DNA of 64,000 nt, taken from Octopus bimaculoides (Eukaryota). The translations under genes were made by a program, and so were the position numbers. Shown here in pieces: positions 25,849 to 40,543 of this stretch; the first letter of the stretch is position 1; every line of letters starts with the position of its first letter. Location of the stretch: assembly GCF_001194135.2 (NCBI RefSeq), contig NC_068994.1:19241333-19305332 (forward strand), written 5' to 3'. Below the pieces are notes generated by a model. It saw nothing but the letters and a program-made list of their open reading frames with translations, searched no databases and had not been told where the DNA came from.

Positions 25849-27124
25849 GGCCAGCACCAATTAAGGCAAGGACTTTTAAGTGCTCTGTCCAGAACATAGT
25901 GCAGCACTTGTGACAGAATACAAACAAATAACTATATAGATAAGAATTATACACCATACCAAGTTGAACAATGCTTAATTTCCATGTACGTATTTACAGC
26001 AAAAAGCAAGATATATATAATAAAATTATGACAGACATCAACTATTCATACTAATAAGTAACCTCACATTGTTCCTAGTTTCTAAGAATTTAATTAAGTA
26101 TATCCTAAAAGAGGATATATTAAAAGACATATATATGTATATAAAAATACTTGTGTGTATTTATATATGTATATGCATATATATGTATACATAGTGATGA
26201 CCATGACTTTCAGACTCACTCTGAACTCATGGCTCACCACTACATCCTATGTGGATATCTCCTCACCATTATCCACATTGCTCTTGCCTGGGCACGATCT
26301 GTGGACTGTGCCTCTACTCGTTTTCTTTGCACCCACCCCACTCTTACCCGTCTCCCATTTCCACTCACCTACCACCCCAATGCACCATTCTCTGAGCCTT
26401 CTGGTGACTCCAGTCTGACTCCTCCACCTCACATATCTTCCCTAACCTACTCCTTCCCTCCTTCAAATGAACCCATAACCTGCGTGGCCTCCACAGTTTC
26501 TTCCCTACCATCGCCTCCCAGCTTGACTCCTTCCCCTGCTCCCACTCAAGCTGTCACACCTGCCCATACTTCTCCAACACCATCATCCAAATCACATCAG
26601 CGACTCTTTTACCTGCACCTCTAGTAATGTTATTTACTGCATCTGCTCTCTCTGTCTTTCCTTGTGCATTGGGTAAATAGGATGCTGCTTGGCTGACTGG
26701 TTTGCAGAGCACCTCCAAGACTCGGCAATGATACCCTGGTCTTGTGCCATTTCCGCTCTACCTGTCATTTGCTACATCTGTCTATATTCGGACTGTCTCT
26801 GCACAGGGACCATCCAGACTCCCACCTTCGCCGTGAACAAGAATTCATCTTCTCCCTTTGTTTCTTTGTGCCACATGATCTCAACTCACTACCTCTCTTC
26901 ATCTGACCTCAACCTCAAATCCTCTCTTCATTTAGCACCAAATCCACATGGATTCCCACTCACCTCCCACATTTAATTGCCCCCTTCACCTACACACCTG
27001 CATCCTGCATACTACCTACTTCAGTACCCTCACCCACATGCACACTATACTTGGCTTGCTAGATCTTCTCAAGCACAGCATATTTCCAAAGGTCTCGGTC
27101 ATATGAATATGTATATACATATAT

Positions 27125-28097
<973 letters not shown>

Positions 28098-29109
28098 GTA
28101 TATATATACATAAATATACATATATATATATACAATACACATATTATATATATATATACACACACAATACACACACACACACACACACATATATATATGC
28201 ATACATATATTAAAAAGACAGAGGGAGGGAGGGGAGAGGAAGGAGAAAGAGCAAGAGGTAGAAGTAATGGTATTAGAGTCAATTTAAATCTATCGAATGA
28301 GATAAAGTTAAACTGACTTTTCTTTTTATTATTTTAAATAATGATTCAATCAACAGCAGTAATTAGCAGAAATGACAACAACAGCAGCTGCAGTTTCTGC
28401 ATTATTGATTATGCAAAATTAAATAGATTTGCAATGGCTTCTGTTGTCATGAATAGAAACTTGATAAGGATAACAGCTTCAGTGATAAACTCCATTAAAA
28501 CAGTCGCTGCCATAACCATCGGATTGAAATGGGCATATAATCAATGTTGTCTTATATAGACTCTTTAACAAACAACAAGATGAATAAGAAAACCCAAACG
28601 AAAGAGAGAAATGAGTGAAGCTGATTTTGCAGTTTTTGAACGAAACTTATTTCAATATTTTGTTCCAACCTTGTATACACATGCTTCTGCTTTCTACTGG
28701 AAAGTATTTTTCATCTGGCTTGGATATATGACTTATTTTGATAGTTTTTGGAAATAACTTTAGACAAACTGAGGATTGATTTCTCTCATTTTATGAGAGA
28801 ACTATTTGAATACAAAACAAATTAGAACATCACTTCTCTGGAGATCCAAAGATGATATTTTGATATGATATTTGCTCAAGAAGGACAACAGCTATGTATG
28901 TTTATGATGAACAGTAAGTAAAATCAAATCCATTGTGTTAGTTAAACTATATGAAAAATAGGCTCTACACTTTAATTCAGGGCATAATAGGTATTTTAAA
29001 AAAATCACCCAGCTGTAAAGTTATTTCTCTAATAATAAACAGAAATTATCTACATATACCAAAGTGTCTATGATAGGTATGGAAAACAAAATGAGAAAGT
29101 AATAAAAGC

Positions 29110-29245
29110 TCCCAGTACACACTGCAAAGTAGTTGGCATGAGAAAGGGCACAGACTTAGCATAGCACTGTGGCTTGCTGCATCCTGTCAAATGGTTCAAC
29201 CCATGCTTGCATGGAAAATGGATGTTAAATGATGATGATAATGGT
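29110..29245 (+). mobile_element. RTE 3' terminus repeat (family C)
   Basis: CAACCCATGCTTGCATGGAAAATGGATGTTAAATGATGATGAT. Confidence 0.75.
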
Positions 29246-29569
29246 GATATAAAACTGTTTATAAACTTTGTCTTCTTTAAAGTACCAAAAATATTATTGA
29301 GATGCAGTCCTGTCTCATAATCATACACCCAGCCAGAATATCTATTGAGTTATAATGGATAGAACAAGAAATGTCACCATTTGCAAATCTCCACTGTTTC
29401 ACATGGAATAATAACATTCAGAAGCCTACATCAATGACTAGCATAAATTCATTTGATATTTTCAGAAGATATTAACAAAATTGTTGCAAAGTTGAGTCTC
29501 AAGGCTTTAAGTAGTATCGCTTAATATTTTTAATCATTAAGAATCTTCAAAATACATTCTATCATAATC

Positions 29570-29725
29570 ATAATCATCATCATCGTTTAATGTCCCCCTT
29601 TCATGCTGACAGTTTGACAAGAGTAAGCCAGGCAGAAACCTGCACCATACTTCTGTGTCTGTTGTAGAATGTTTTTTTTATGGTTCGATGCCCTTCCTAG
29701 CATCAACCACTCTGCAGAGTGAGCT
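29570..29725 (-). mobile_element. RTE 3' terminus repeat (family C)
   Basis: (ATC)n GTTTAATGTCCCCTTTCATGCT...GATGCCCTTCCTAGCATCAACCACTC. Confidence 0.7.
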
Positions 29726-31304
29726 GAGTGCTTTGGGAAATCCTACATAAGAATTATTATGTTTTTTATTTCTCTTTTATAAACTTAAATTTCTTAAGAG
29801 ATTAAATAAATTATAAAACTATCATTGAAAGGTTTGGCATTGGCAGTGCTAAATCCATCTGATGCCACAAAGAAAAGCTAAGAAATTTCAGTTTAAACAG
29901 GGTCTTGTTTAGACCAAATTCCTCTACAATTTCCTTAGACCCACCTTACTACTTACAGGTACCGAGATTTTCCTACCTTAGGGAACATATCATAAATGTA
30001 TAAGAAATTTACAAATAGATTATCAAACACAAAATGCATTTGCATATAATTCGCTTATATATCACTGTTTCTTGAAGGGAAACCTTGGTTTTCACCAATT
30101 TCAAACCTTGTATGCTATTGATGTTCTTATTGTTCATCTTCAGGAAGACCCTGAAAAGGGAAACCTATAACCAAAGATGTTCCAGTCATGATCACCATAT
30201 CATTCTGTACATCCAGCATTACATTCTCCTAATTGCCTTCCAATTTAAGATAGTAGTATGTGGGTAGAAGGAAGCTTCACTACTATTTCCAGTACCTCAA
30301 GCTACCCTGCAGCAGATCCCTCATAGGTACATAAGCCTTGAATGTATTATCCCCTGCTGACTGCAAACCGATGGTTTGCAAAGCTTAAAGAAATGGATTA
30401 AAATACCTAAAAAGAAATTTTAAAAAAAATGAAATTGAAACACATTGATTTGCTACATTTCAATTCCTACATACATTCACATGTAGATTGATTTAACAAC
30501 TGGCTACAGTAAATATAGTACAAGCAATTGAGATTATTCTAAAGAGTTAATTACAACCAGTAAACGAGTGAGTCAAAAATGGAAAGAGAAAAAATAACTT
30601 GTTTTCTCTCATTCTTATATTATTCTAACATCTCTTCAATTTGCACTAATGGTACTTGTAATAAATAAAAAAATAAAAATCTATGTGATTAAATCCCTTC
30701 AGGATTTAGTTACTTAAGAATTTTGACAGTAGGCTGTGGCAGCAGTTCAGCCATACTGCCATACTTATTTGAATAGATTTGCAATAAAGAATTTACAAAG
30801 TGCCCTAATGTAAGGGAAGTAGTTTATCCCTGAGGAGGAATTTAATATTTTCTAAAGAGCAACAATATTTTCTCTTGTCTTTTATCCATTATTCTTTTTG
30901 TTTCTTATCCCTAACTTTTTTTTCACAGATGCCAAGCTATGTAATGCTAATACTACAGGAAATTGAAGTGGCATGACACACCCATAGAAAAATCCCACAT
31001 TTTTAGTAAACATTGGAAATATGTTATCCAAGAATCAAGTGTATAAGCACTAGTTTTCTTATGTGATGTGATAGTGGCAATTGTAAAAAAGGGGCAAAAA
31101 TTTCAATGAATTAGTTTCTCTTCTTTGATAAACCTGAAGGAATTCTAAAAGTTGAAACCTATCTGTTGAAAAGTAACTTTAAACAGTTCAATCAAAAATT
31201 TTAGAATGAAAACTAAGTAGACTAAGAAAGCAATACTGCTGTTACAGTTTATTCCATTCTAAATGGAACAAACTGTGTTAATGATAGGAAACTTTATTTT
31301 TAGT

Positions 31305-31667
31305 AGGCATGTCTGTGTGGTTAAGAAGCTTGTTTCCCAACCACTAGACTGCAGGTTCAGTTACACAGCATGGCACCTTAGACAAGTGTTTTTTTTTCTT
31401 TTTAAAAGAAGTCTTGTGAGCGGATTTGGTAAGTGGAAACTGAAAGAAGCCCACCATATATGCATATGTGAATGTGTATGTAAGATGGTGATTCCTTGTC
31501 TTTACTTCACATGATCAATGTAAATGAGTATCACCATCATACAAGCAGTGTCCTTTGTTTCCAATCTTCAATGAAAACATGTCTAACCATGTGGAAACAA
31601 TTGATGACAGGAAGGTACCAACTCATGCATGCATGGATAAGTGGATATTAAAATGCTGCTGATGATA
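31305..31667 (+). mobile_element. SINE family A variant with RTE-type tail
   Basis: Family A head and CORE-like segment, then a body shared with 6040-6352, ending CATGCATGCATGGATAAGTGGATATTAAAATGCTGCTGATGAT. Confidence 0.75.
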
Positions 31668-32889
31668 TAAGTATACTAACTTAAATCCATCAAAAACAAG
31701 ATTATATTGAAAAGGACAAAAACAAAAAGGATCTATATTGATCACTAACAGTTTAATGATACTAACTAACCAATAAACTGCAAACCCCTACTTTTGATCC
31801 CTTTAACTTGCTGGTTGTGTATTTTATCCTCCACCTACATACACTTGATGCAGCCATCTCTTCTCATCTAAGTATTCATTCACTATATCATACTTTAACA
31901 ATTAAAACACTTTAGACATTCTATCTTTCCACTGGAACTTTTTCACACCAGTTTCCCCAACATCACTTAGCTGCATCAAAGCTGAACTAACCTCTCAATT
32001 ATTCTACATTTTGATTATGAAGGTGTACACAAGGATTATTCATTTAGAAGCAAACTATTAGTCCCCACAGAAGAGTAAGCTTGACTTGAAACTCTTCTCA
32101 TACTACATACATTACAACACTGTTTGTTGTAGACCATGCAGTGTGTATGTCAAGCAGAACACATTGCAACTATTTTGTTATACAGTAAGTTCTTAAATGA
32201 TTAAATGATATGATGGTGGTCACAGCTGGCAGGGTGCAAAGTAGCTGAATTTCCTTGGTATTTGCAGCAGCTTATTCATTCGCAACAGAGAAAATTATAA
32301 TTTCAAATGATTTTTTTTTAAATGTAATACTATTGTACTTGTCATGTAAGTAATAATGCTAAATATCTTTATCCACTTTAAATGCATTGAAAATGAAATA
32401 TAGTGAAAATACAGAAAAATAAATTTATAGTTAAATACAAATATTTACATATAATACTTTGTACTGAATAATCTGGGAACTTCGCAGATTTTTTTAAAGT
32501 TTTTTTTTTATTGAAAAACTTGTTTAAAAAAAAGCAGTATCTTAGTTGTGTTTAGAAAAGTAAAGAGTAGATTGATAGATAGAGAGACAGTTGCAGATAA
32601 AAAGAAAACAAATGACAATGTCATTCCAGTGAGTATTTTACATATTTCATGCAACACAGTAGAGAATGATCAAATCACAAATATACAGTGAGTGAGTAGC
32701 AACAGCAGAATTAAAATTTATATGTAACTAAGACATTGTTCATATTCCTTAAACTGCTTCCTCTTTCTTTCTGTCTGTCTGTCTGTCTCTCTCTCCCACA
32801 CATCTGTCAATTACTCTCTGTATCTATCATTCATACATATATACACACACACTAATTCTCTACAAACAACCACTGTTGGCTATCATTTA

Positions 32890-33240
32890 CTTTTCACTGC
32901 ATCCACGATGGAGCACTGCTTTCAAGAGTTTAACTGAACAAAACAAACACAATACTATTTTGTTTTTAAGCCTGTTACTTATTCTGTCAGTGTCTTTTAT
33001 CAAATTGCTAAGTTATGGTATATAAACAAACCAACACAAATTGTTAGGTGGTGGTGGGATGAAACACACACAAAAATAACATGTTTCTTTCAGTTTCTGT
33101 CAACCAAATCCACTCACAAGGCTTTTATCAGTCCAGCGCTGTAGTAAAAGACACCTGCCCAAGGTGCTGTACTGTGGAACCGAACCCAAGACCACATGGT
33201 TGGGAAGTAAATTTCTGAAATACAGAACCACATCTGTGCC
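32890..33240 (-). mobile_element. SINE family A
   Basis: GACACCTGCCCAAGGTGCTGTACTGTGGAACCGAACCC. Confidence 0.8.
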
Positions 33241-34099
33241 TGACTATTGAAATATATTTGAGATTTGATTTTATGACATTTGCATAAGATAAATCTACAT
33301 AATTAATGAATTAATAAACACAAGAAGTGTTTTGCTCATTTTATTTTAATTATGAACATATTTAATAAATAGCTTGGTGATTCTTCCAAATAACCATCCT
33401 TCAACTATAGAGTTAAAGAATATCTGTCTGCTTGTAGGAAAATTAATAAATATGTCAGTTTGAAGTTGAAAACACTGTACGTCAAATATTCATCTTCCAT
33501 ACCATTTTATTGACAAATATTAATAATGTTGATTAGTAATGCTGACTTCTGCGTGTAATGTTGATTTCTTAACTAAAAACAAACTAAGGTTTGTAGTAGT
33601 GCAGTTACTAAATTTATTCCCCAATTATATTTATGACAGTGAAATGAAACAGTTGCTTCTGTTAGCCAAAACTGATTGCAAGTTATTTAATTTACTTATA
33701 TTTTATGTTCAGTTTTTAAAGTAAATGTATAAGAGGATAATATTTTTAAAATTTAAAGGACTTCACACACACACACAGAGTAATTTTATTCTTTGGTAAA
33801 CATTTACATAATAACACACTTATATGTCACAGATTTAAGGCATTCTACATAGCATTATTTGCATTTACATCTACACCCACAGAAATAGAGGGAGATAAAG
33901 AGCAACTATTGTATGTAAAGATGTCAATAAATGTTCAATCATACAAAAAATGTGACTGTATGACAGTGAATACAAGAGAGTATATTCGTGTATTTTTAAG
34001 TAAATATAAGTATAAATTTATTTAAGGATTTTGTAGAAAAATATGCCAATCTAATGACTTCATCTAGAGATAAGGGTACTGTATTGAAACCATTAAAGC

Positions 34100-34320
34100 A
34101 TCCAGCTTATCACACAACTTGGAGATCAAACGTTTCAATGGGCTAAACCAAGAACAAGATTGTCGGATAATATCCATAGTCTCAGTTGGTCACACTTGGG
34201 AGTTCAACTGGAAAATGTAATGATAGTCGTTTCTGATAGGACCCTTTAGAGAAGGTGCCTGAGGACTGCTCCTACAACCCTCTCAAGAATAGTTGGCGGA
34301 GAAAATGGATGGATGTCTAA
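34100..34320 (+). mobile_element. RTE LINE 3' ORF remnant
   Basis: PRTRLSDNIHSLSWSHLGVQLENVMIVVSDRTL*RRCL. Confidence 0.65.
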
Positions 34321-36373
34321 ATGATATGAGCTGGTAACATTTAGTTTGATATTATACTATCTTGGCTGTCTCTACCTGTTTAGGAAATTATATATTTAAA
34401 GTTGAAGTTAAATCCACCTTGTAGTACATCCTCTCAGTGTTAATGCAATTAGACTTAATTGCAATGCTTAAGGGGCATTGGAATAAATATTCTCTGACAA
34501 GGAATCAAAACCAGTTCAGTACAAAAACAGACCCCACAATGTTTGGCCATTATACTTACTTTTATCTAACAATTAAATCTTAAATGCCTATTTCACACAT
34601 ATAGGTTAATGAGATCATTCACCAAAAATCTTCTCCGTTAACATAATGATGGTTATAATAAATAATAAAGAATGCTTAATATGATAATGATTTTGTAAAT
34701 AATGATAATTAAAGTAAGTTTTAAAATTGCACTGTATTGGCATTTGACATTTTCTTATTGTAACGAAGTTAAGTTGGCTGCAGGTAACTCAGAATAAGTT
34801 TATGAATCAAACGAGAGGAAAAAAAATAGAAAGAAAATATCAATTCTTCTACATAGCTGGAACAAAATTAAAAACACAGAGTCAACAAGTTTCTATTTCT
34901 TTATTCGTTATTGATTCATGCTTGTCTACCTCATAACTTGAGAAACAGGAAAATGATACCAAAATATCAAATTCTGAAAGATGAAGAAGTCAAACTGAGA
35001 TAAAACTCAAGTTTTTAATCTATATCTTGAATAACTTTGCAAAGAAATATCATCTAGATTTATAAGCATAACTATACTTACTATGTACACACACACACAC
35101 ACGTACACACACACACACACACACACACAAATAAAAGCAGAAAAGCATGCACATATATATATTGTGCGTATGCATAAATATCTATGAACGTGTATTTTAA
35201 TGTACAGATTTATGGTTGTATGATTAAATTATCTGCTTTGCAATCAAGGGTTAGGGTCACTTGGACAAGTATCTTCTACTATAGGTTCTGATCAACCAAG
35301 GCCTTATATGTGAAAGAAGATAGCTGAAAATAGTTAAGGGATCTGTTGGACTCTACCCATGATTCAAGAGGGTCAGCCTTGCCACACACTGTCACACTGA
35401 TTCTGTCTGAGGATTACATGAAGAATACAAATGTATGAATGTTTAAGTAACAAACTGAACCGCAACAAAGTCAATCTTGTAGATGAAAGAATATTGTAAG
35501 TTAAATCTACCTCAAAAAATTTTAGAGGAATGAAAATTAAAGCTGTCTTTGTGTGATGTGTGGTATTACTTTCTGAAGCCTCAAGTCCAATAATAAGGAA
35601 GAGAGAGTTACACCAGTATTCATACATACAAGGTTATAGGCAATAAAATACCAAATTTCATTATACATCATTGGATAAATAGGAACCTGGAAGACACTGT
35701 AAAATATCTATTCAGATAATCAAGTAAAAAATGCTACATTTCAAAAATATAGCACTTAGAGAAACTCCAGAGATTAGTTATTTCTTAGCTCCTTCTGAAT
35801 AACTAAGTTATTCACAATCTGCAACAGTAACCTACAGAAGGTAAATGTCTTTGTGCATTTACTATGTAAGAAAGACAAAAGTGTTAAAAGGAATGAAACT
35901 GATAAATACTATTTAACATAAATAAATCATTGAAACCTAATGATCACTGTTATAAATAGATAATATTTACTATTTCCAAAGATATGTTTATACAAATAAA
36001 TGAAGGGAAATCTTTTGCTTATTCTGTTATCTTTAAAAAAAAAAAAAACTTCTGGATATAACTTACTGTAGTATCCAATGAGGAATAAGTTGGATTTAGT
36101 ATCTTATTACCAATCTTAAGTTGATATGAAACTTAAAAATCATTTTGTGGAGAAAGAAATAAAATTTTACACTGTTCATGTCTTTCTAAAATGCATTAGT
36201 GAAATAAATGTAGAGAAATATTTAAAACCTGAGACGAAAACTTAATCTGTGAAAGAAGGCTAATCTTCTACTGCCTGATAATTAAAGATATTTAGGGACT
36301 AAAAAACAATATACATCAGAATTTATTTTTCACTAACTTGTTCCATATTAAGATGGATCTTAAGACTCTAGGT

Positions 36374-36649
36374 CAGCATTTCTCAACCAGGGTTCCATAA
36401 AAGGTTCCTAGGGGTTCCACGAGAAAGAGAGAGATAAGCTAATACTAATTTCATGATTGTAATATTACTATATATGCACATTATATGTGCATATACAGAC
36501 ATTATATATATATATATATGATATTTACCACGTGAACTATGATGAAAAAGATATAAGATATGGTACATAATTTTTTTTGTGCAGGAGTTCCTTGAGACAT
36601 GTAATTTATTTTAGGGGTCATGAAAGGGTAAAAAGGTTGAGAAACATTG
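36374..36649. mobile_element. hAT (Charlie-like) MITE
   Basis: TIRs CAGCATTTCTCAACC / GGTTGAGAAACATTG. 8-bp TSD CTCTAGGT / CTCTAGAT. Confidence 0.88.
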
Positions 36650-37500
36650 CTCTAGATGGTATGTACTTCTCAGATAGAACCAAGTAGAGTAAGTACATTT
36701 TGCCAGTTGCTCAGGACAATGTGTAAAATGTTCAAGAAACTAAATGGAATACTTTCAGTCTGCTTTATTGGAAGTCTTTACTGTTTCTCATTAATCACTG
36801 AACAGAGAAATAAAGGAATTTGCTAAAAAAAAGAAACCAAACAAACAAAACGAAAAAAAAAAACATCACCCATATTCAAATAATTCTGTTGTCTCATTTA
36901 TTTTCCTGGAACATCATAATAATTCTCAAACCATATAGACATGTAGCTAAACTCTTACCATTTTTGTGCAATGCTGTCAGGCAAAAGCACTTACGTGCCC
37001 TTCCTCTTTTCTTAGTTATAAACAGTAGACAAAGTGGAATGGTTCTGACCTTGAAAATTTGCACTATTATCAAATTCTTACAGCTGTTCTGGAGATTGGG
37101 CAAAAAACCCCAAACCCTGCCAATTTAAATGAGTCATTCCTTATTTCCCTCCAGTTTCTTTAATGTTTGTTTTACTCTGTTACTCTCTTCCTATGCCTAA
37201 AGTTTGTCATGAATGGCTCACTTTCATACCACCATATGAAAGAAACATAGAAATGCAGTAAAGATGTACCACCAGCTGTGTACATATACATATAAAATAC
37301 AAATATATTAATACATACAATCAATTAAAGTATAAAATCTATAGATGAAATATATCTGCAACAAGAAAGCCTCTACATAGTTGTTTAATCTACAAGAAAT
37401 AGTTACAAAATCTTCCTCAAGTCACACCTTACAATCTTAAGAAAAATGGAAATACAAAATATAGGGGTTTTTTTTTCTTCATTGTAAGAAATTTAATGTA

Positions 37501-37996
37501 CAGTAATCAACTATCACAGGAGTTATGGTCTGAAACCCCTTGTGATAGGTGAAAATTCACAAAGTAGAAACAATACAGTGCTGTATATCTTTTTTATTAT
37601 TTTTATAATTTGTATATATTTTATTTTATTATAAATGCAAAACAACACCACACACTTGCGTCCCCAAGTTTCATTTTGCATACAGTATATGTGAGTCATT
37701 GTTTACTCATCTACAATACACTATGTATCCTCTTTTAACATATTTTAATTAATGTGTTAGACAGTGCAGTACTGTACTGTATTTTTATTTATTGATTTAT
37801 TAATTTTTAGGTGTGAAAATGCTTATTTTACCACAGAAATAATTAAAATCTAAAAAAAAAATTTATACCTATCAGCCGCTGAAACCAGGGATATACTGAG
37901 GAGTCTGCAATATAAATTTATATATATATTAGCCAGAAAAATCCTCGATGTACTGAGGGCACGATAGGTGAACCGCGATATCGTGAGTAATTACTG
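37501..37996. mobile_element. Tc1/pogo (Tigger-like) MITE
   Basis: TA|CAGTAATCAACTATCACAGG ... CCGCGATATCGTGAGTAATTACTG|TA. TA on both sides. Confidence 0.75.
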
Positions 37997-38449
37997 TACT
38001 TTGGATATAATAAATCTCATCTAGTTTAATCTAATTTAATAATTATCATTTTATCACTTGTATTATTATTGAAAAGGGGTTTCCTGAGGGACAACCTAGA
38101 TAGATATTATTGAAAAGAAGAAAATGATGAAGACTAATGATGGATAACATAAACATTTCCAACCTTTTGATTATTAATTTCACTGTCAGTATTTGGAGTC
38201 TCACATTATGTTATTGCGTTATTTTTGTTGTATTTAAAACAGTCAGTGTTTATTGGGTGATATAATGATAGTTTGTATATTGTTGCTGTTCTATAGCCTC
38301 CAGATCATCCCAAATTAAGTAGACCTATAATGAAAGGCATTCCAGCTATGACTGTCATTTACCAGGCATTCTAACAAGAACAATCTTATTTTCAAGCATT
38401 GTGCATCTAGACCACGTCATCTGAAAAATACTTCCTTTACAAAGATGGT

Positions 38450-38765
38450 ACAACTGGCACTCCATCAGTTATGACAAAAGCGTTCCAGCTGATCCGATGA
38501 ACAGAACAGCCTGTTCATGAAATGAATGTGCAAGTGAGCACTCCACAAACATGCATACCTTTAACATAGTTCTTGAGGAGATTCAGTGTGACACAGAATG
38601 TGAGAAGGCTGGCCCTTTGAAATACAGGTACTACTCACTTTTGCCAGCTGAGTGGACTGGAGCAATGTGAAATACAGTGTCTTGCTCAAGGACACAATGT
38701 GCCACTGAGTATCAAGCACATGACCTCACAATCATGAGCCAAATGCCCTAAGCACTAAGCCACAA
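38450..38765 (-). mobile_element. SINE family D
   Basis: Minus strand reads GGCTTAGTGCTTAGGGC...GTGTCCTTGAGCAAGACACT...GTCCACTCAGCTGGCAAAAGTGAGTAGTACC. Colinear with 42510-42805. Confidence 0.85.
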
Positions 38766-39450
38766 GAGTGATATTAATAGAAATTTGACAGCTATTTCCA
38801 GCAAGTTAACCATTCACATTGTTTAACCCCAGATCAGTACAAATTGAACAGACCTATGTTCAAAGGCATTACAACCAAGAGCTTCCTGACTTTTGCTATG
38901 AGCCTGGAACATGGGACTACTTTACTCAACATGACATTTTCTAAGACCGTAGTGGGAGATGTGTGATTTGATGAAGATTGATAGTTTTGTTAAAACTGAA
39001 TAAGAAAACAATACAGCTAACATGCATGAAATGAATTTCTAAATAATATTCAAAAACTATGTACATGTATATATTTGAGTTATGTGCATGCATGTATAAG
39101 TGTATCTTTATATTCTGGAGTCATATTTGTTTGGTAAGTGATTTGATTGCATGTTAAAACTGAAGAAAATTACATTACAAAGAAGTCATTTTAGTAATTT
39201 AAGAACTCACTCATACTCTCCCCCCCACACCATTTGCATGTGGAACCAAAGGAACTATGTCAATGACCGAGTAATAGATGTGAGCCGAAATGTTTTGATA
39301 CTTAATAGTAGGTAGTTTTATTAAGAAATGAATGAAAAGTGAGTACAACAATTTTTGTGAGTTGTTTTCTGGCTTAAATGACTCCCCCAGGAATTGTGTG
39401 TGCATATATGTTTGTATTGATTATTCTTCTTTTAATTGCATATCCAAGGG

Positions 39451-39520
<70 letters not shown>

Positions 39521-39529
39521 CACTTGAGC

Positions 39530-39665
39530 AAGCGTCTTCTACTATAGCCCAGGGATGACCAAAAACTTGAGTTGATGGAAACTGAAAGAAGCCCATTGTG
39601 TGTGTGCATTTATATATATGTATGTATGCATGAGTTATGTATATTTAAGTTTCCTTGTCTTGATG
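39530..39665 (+). mobile_element. SINE family A fragment
   Basis: CTTGAGCAAGCGTCTTCTACTATAGCCC...ACTGAAAGAAGCCC. Confidence 0.75.
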
Positions 39666-39934
39666 TCAGTAGGTGTTCATCAGAGGTCAATTTGCAGTCC
39701 ACCTTCTGTTTATTCAAGTTGTCCAGGCTTAAAATTTGGCTGGCTATGAGAACTGTATGCCAATCACCAAGTTTTCATAAGTGTATCTGTAAAAGAGTTT
39801 CAGAAGAAATTCCAAATGTGGAAGCAGAGTGTTGGAATGAAGAAGTCTTCAAATAAACCAAACAAAAACCAAAGTTTTACTTAGCAGGAAATAAGAAGAC
39901 CATATTAGAAGTGGTCATTCTTGATTAGAAGAAC

Positions 39935-40065
39935 AGGAGCAAATAGGAATTCCAAAGTGTGCTCACTGTCAACAATGGGTGCACGAAAAGTACAGAGGTA
40001 TCATAGGTGAGCTAACCAAGAAGTATTGCATTTATAACAGATGCACAGGAGTACTTAGAAGACTG
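39935..40065 (+). mobile_element. RTE LINE fragment encoding the PHD-like finger
   Basis: GIPKCAHCQQWVHEKYRGIIGELTKKYCIYNRCTG aligns with the finger at 18190-18340. Confidence 0.65.
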
Positions 40066-40543
40066 CATTGGAAAAGTCCATTTTGCATATGGGGTTATTT
40101 TTATTGTGTGTATTCTCAGTCCCCCACATATGTATATATGTATGTATGTATTATATGTGTGTGTGTGTGCATAAATGTATATATGTATGTGTATGTATAT
40201 GTATATATAAAGTGATATTTTTGTAAAGGTTACCTCAACTTGAAATGCTACACAGTGATGTTGCTTAATTACTGAAGCTCATTCCTATATTCTCATTATT
40301 ACATTAGATCTTTCAGGCAGTCACAATAAAATTTACTTTTGTTTCATTCATGCATATTAGATTCCACTGTGACCAAAACAATAAAAAAAAAGTAAAAGAA
40401 ATGATAGAAACTGATGATGAAGATGAGATTGGCTGAGCAGCCACAAAGATTTTGTTTTTTTTAAAAAAAGGTAGCTTCATATAATTAAAAGAATATTGGT
40501 GACAAAAACAAAAAACTGATGACAAAGATTTTTAAAATAAAAT

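Noticed and set aside
26151-26624. 157-aa Pro/Ser/Thr-rich ORF (mucin-like)
   Set aside because: It arises from a C/T-rich strand, probably the antisense of a decayed retroelement. It starts in a microsatellite and has no splice support.
36067-36114. 48-nt minus-strand phase 0 mini-exon (IGNKILNPTYSSLDTT) with GTAAGT donor
   Set aside because: The acceptor is weak, and such short open segments are expected by chance in 64 kb.
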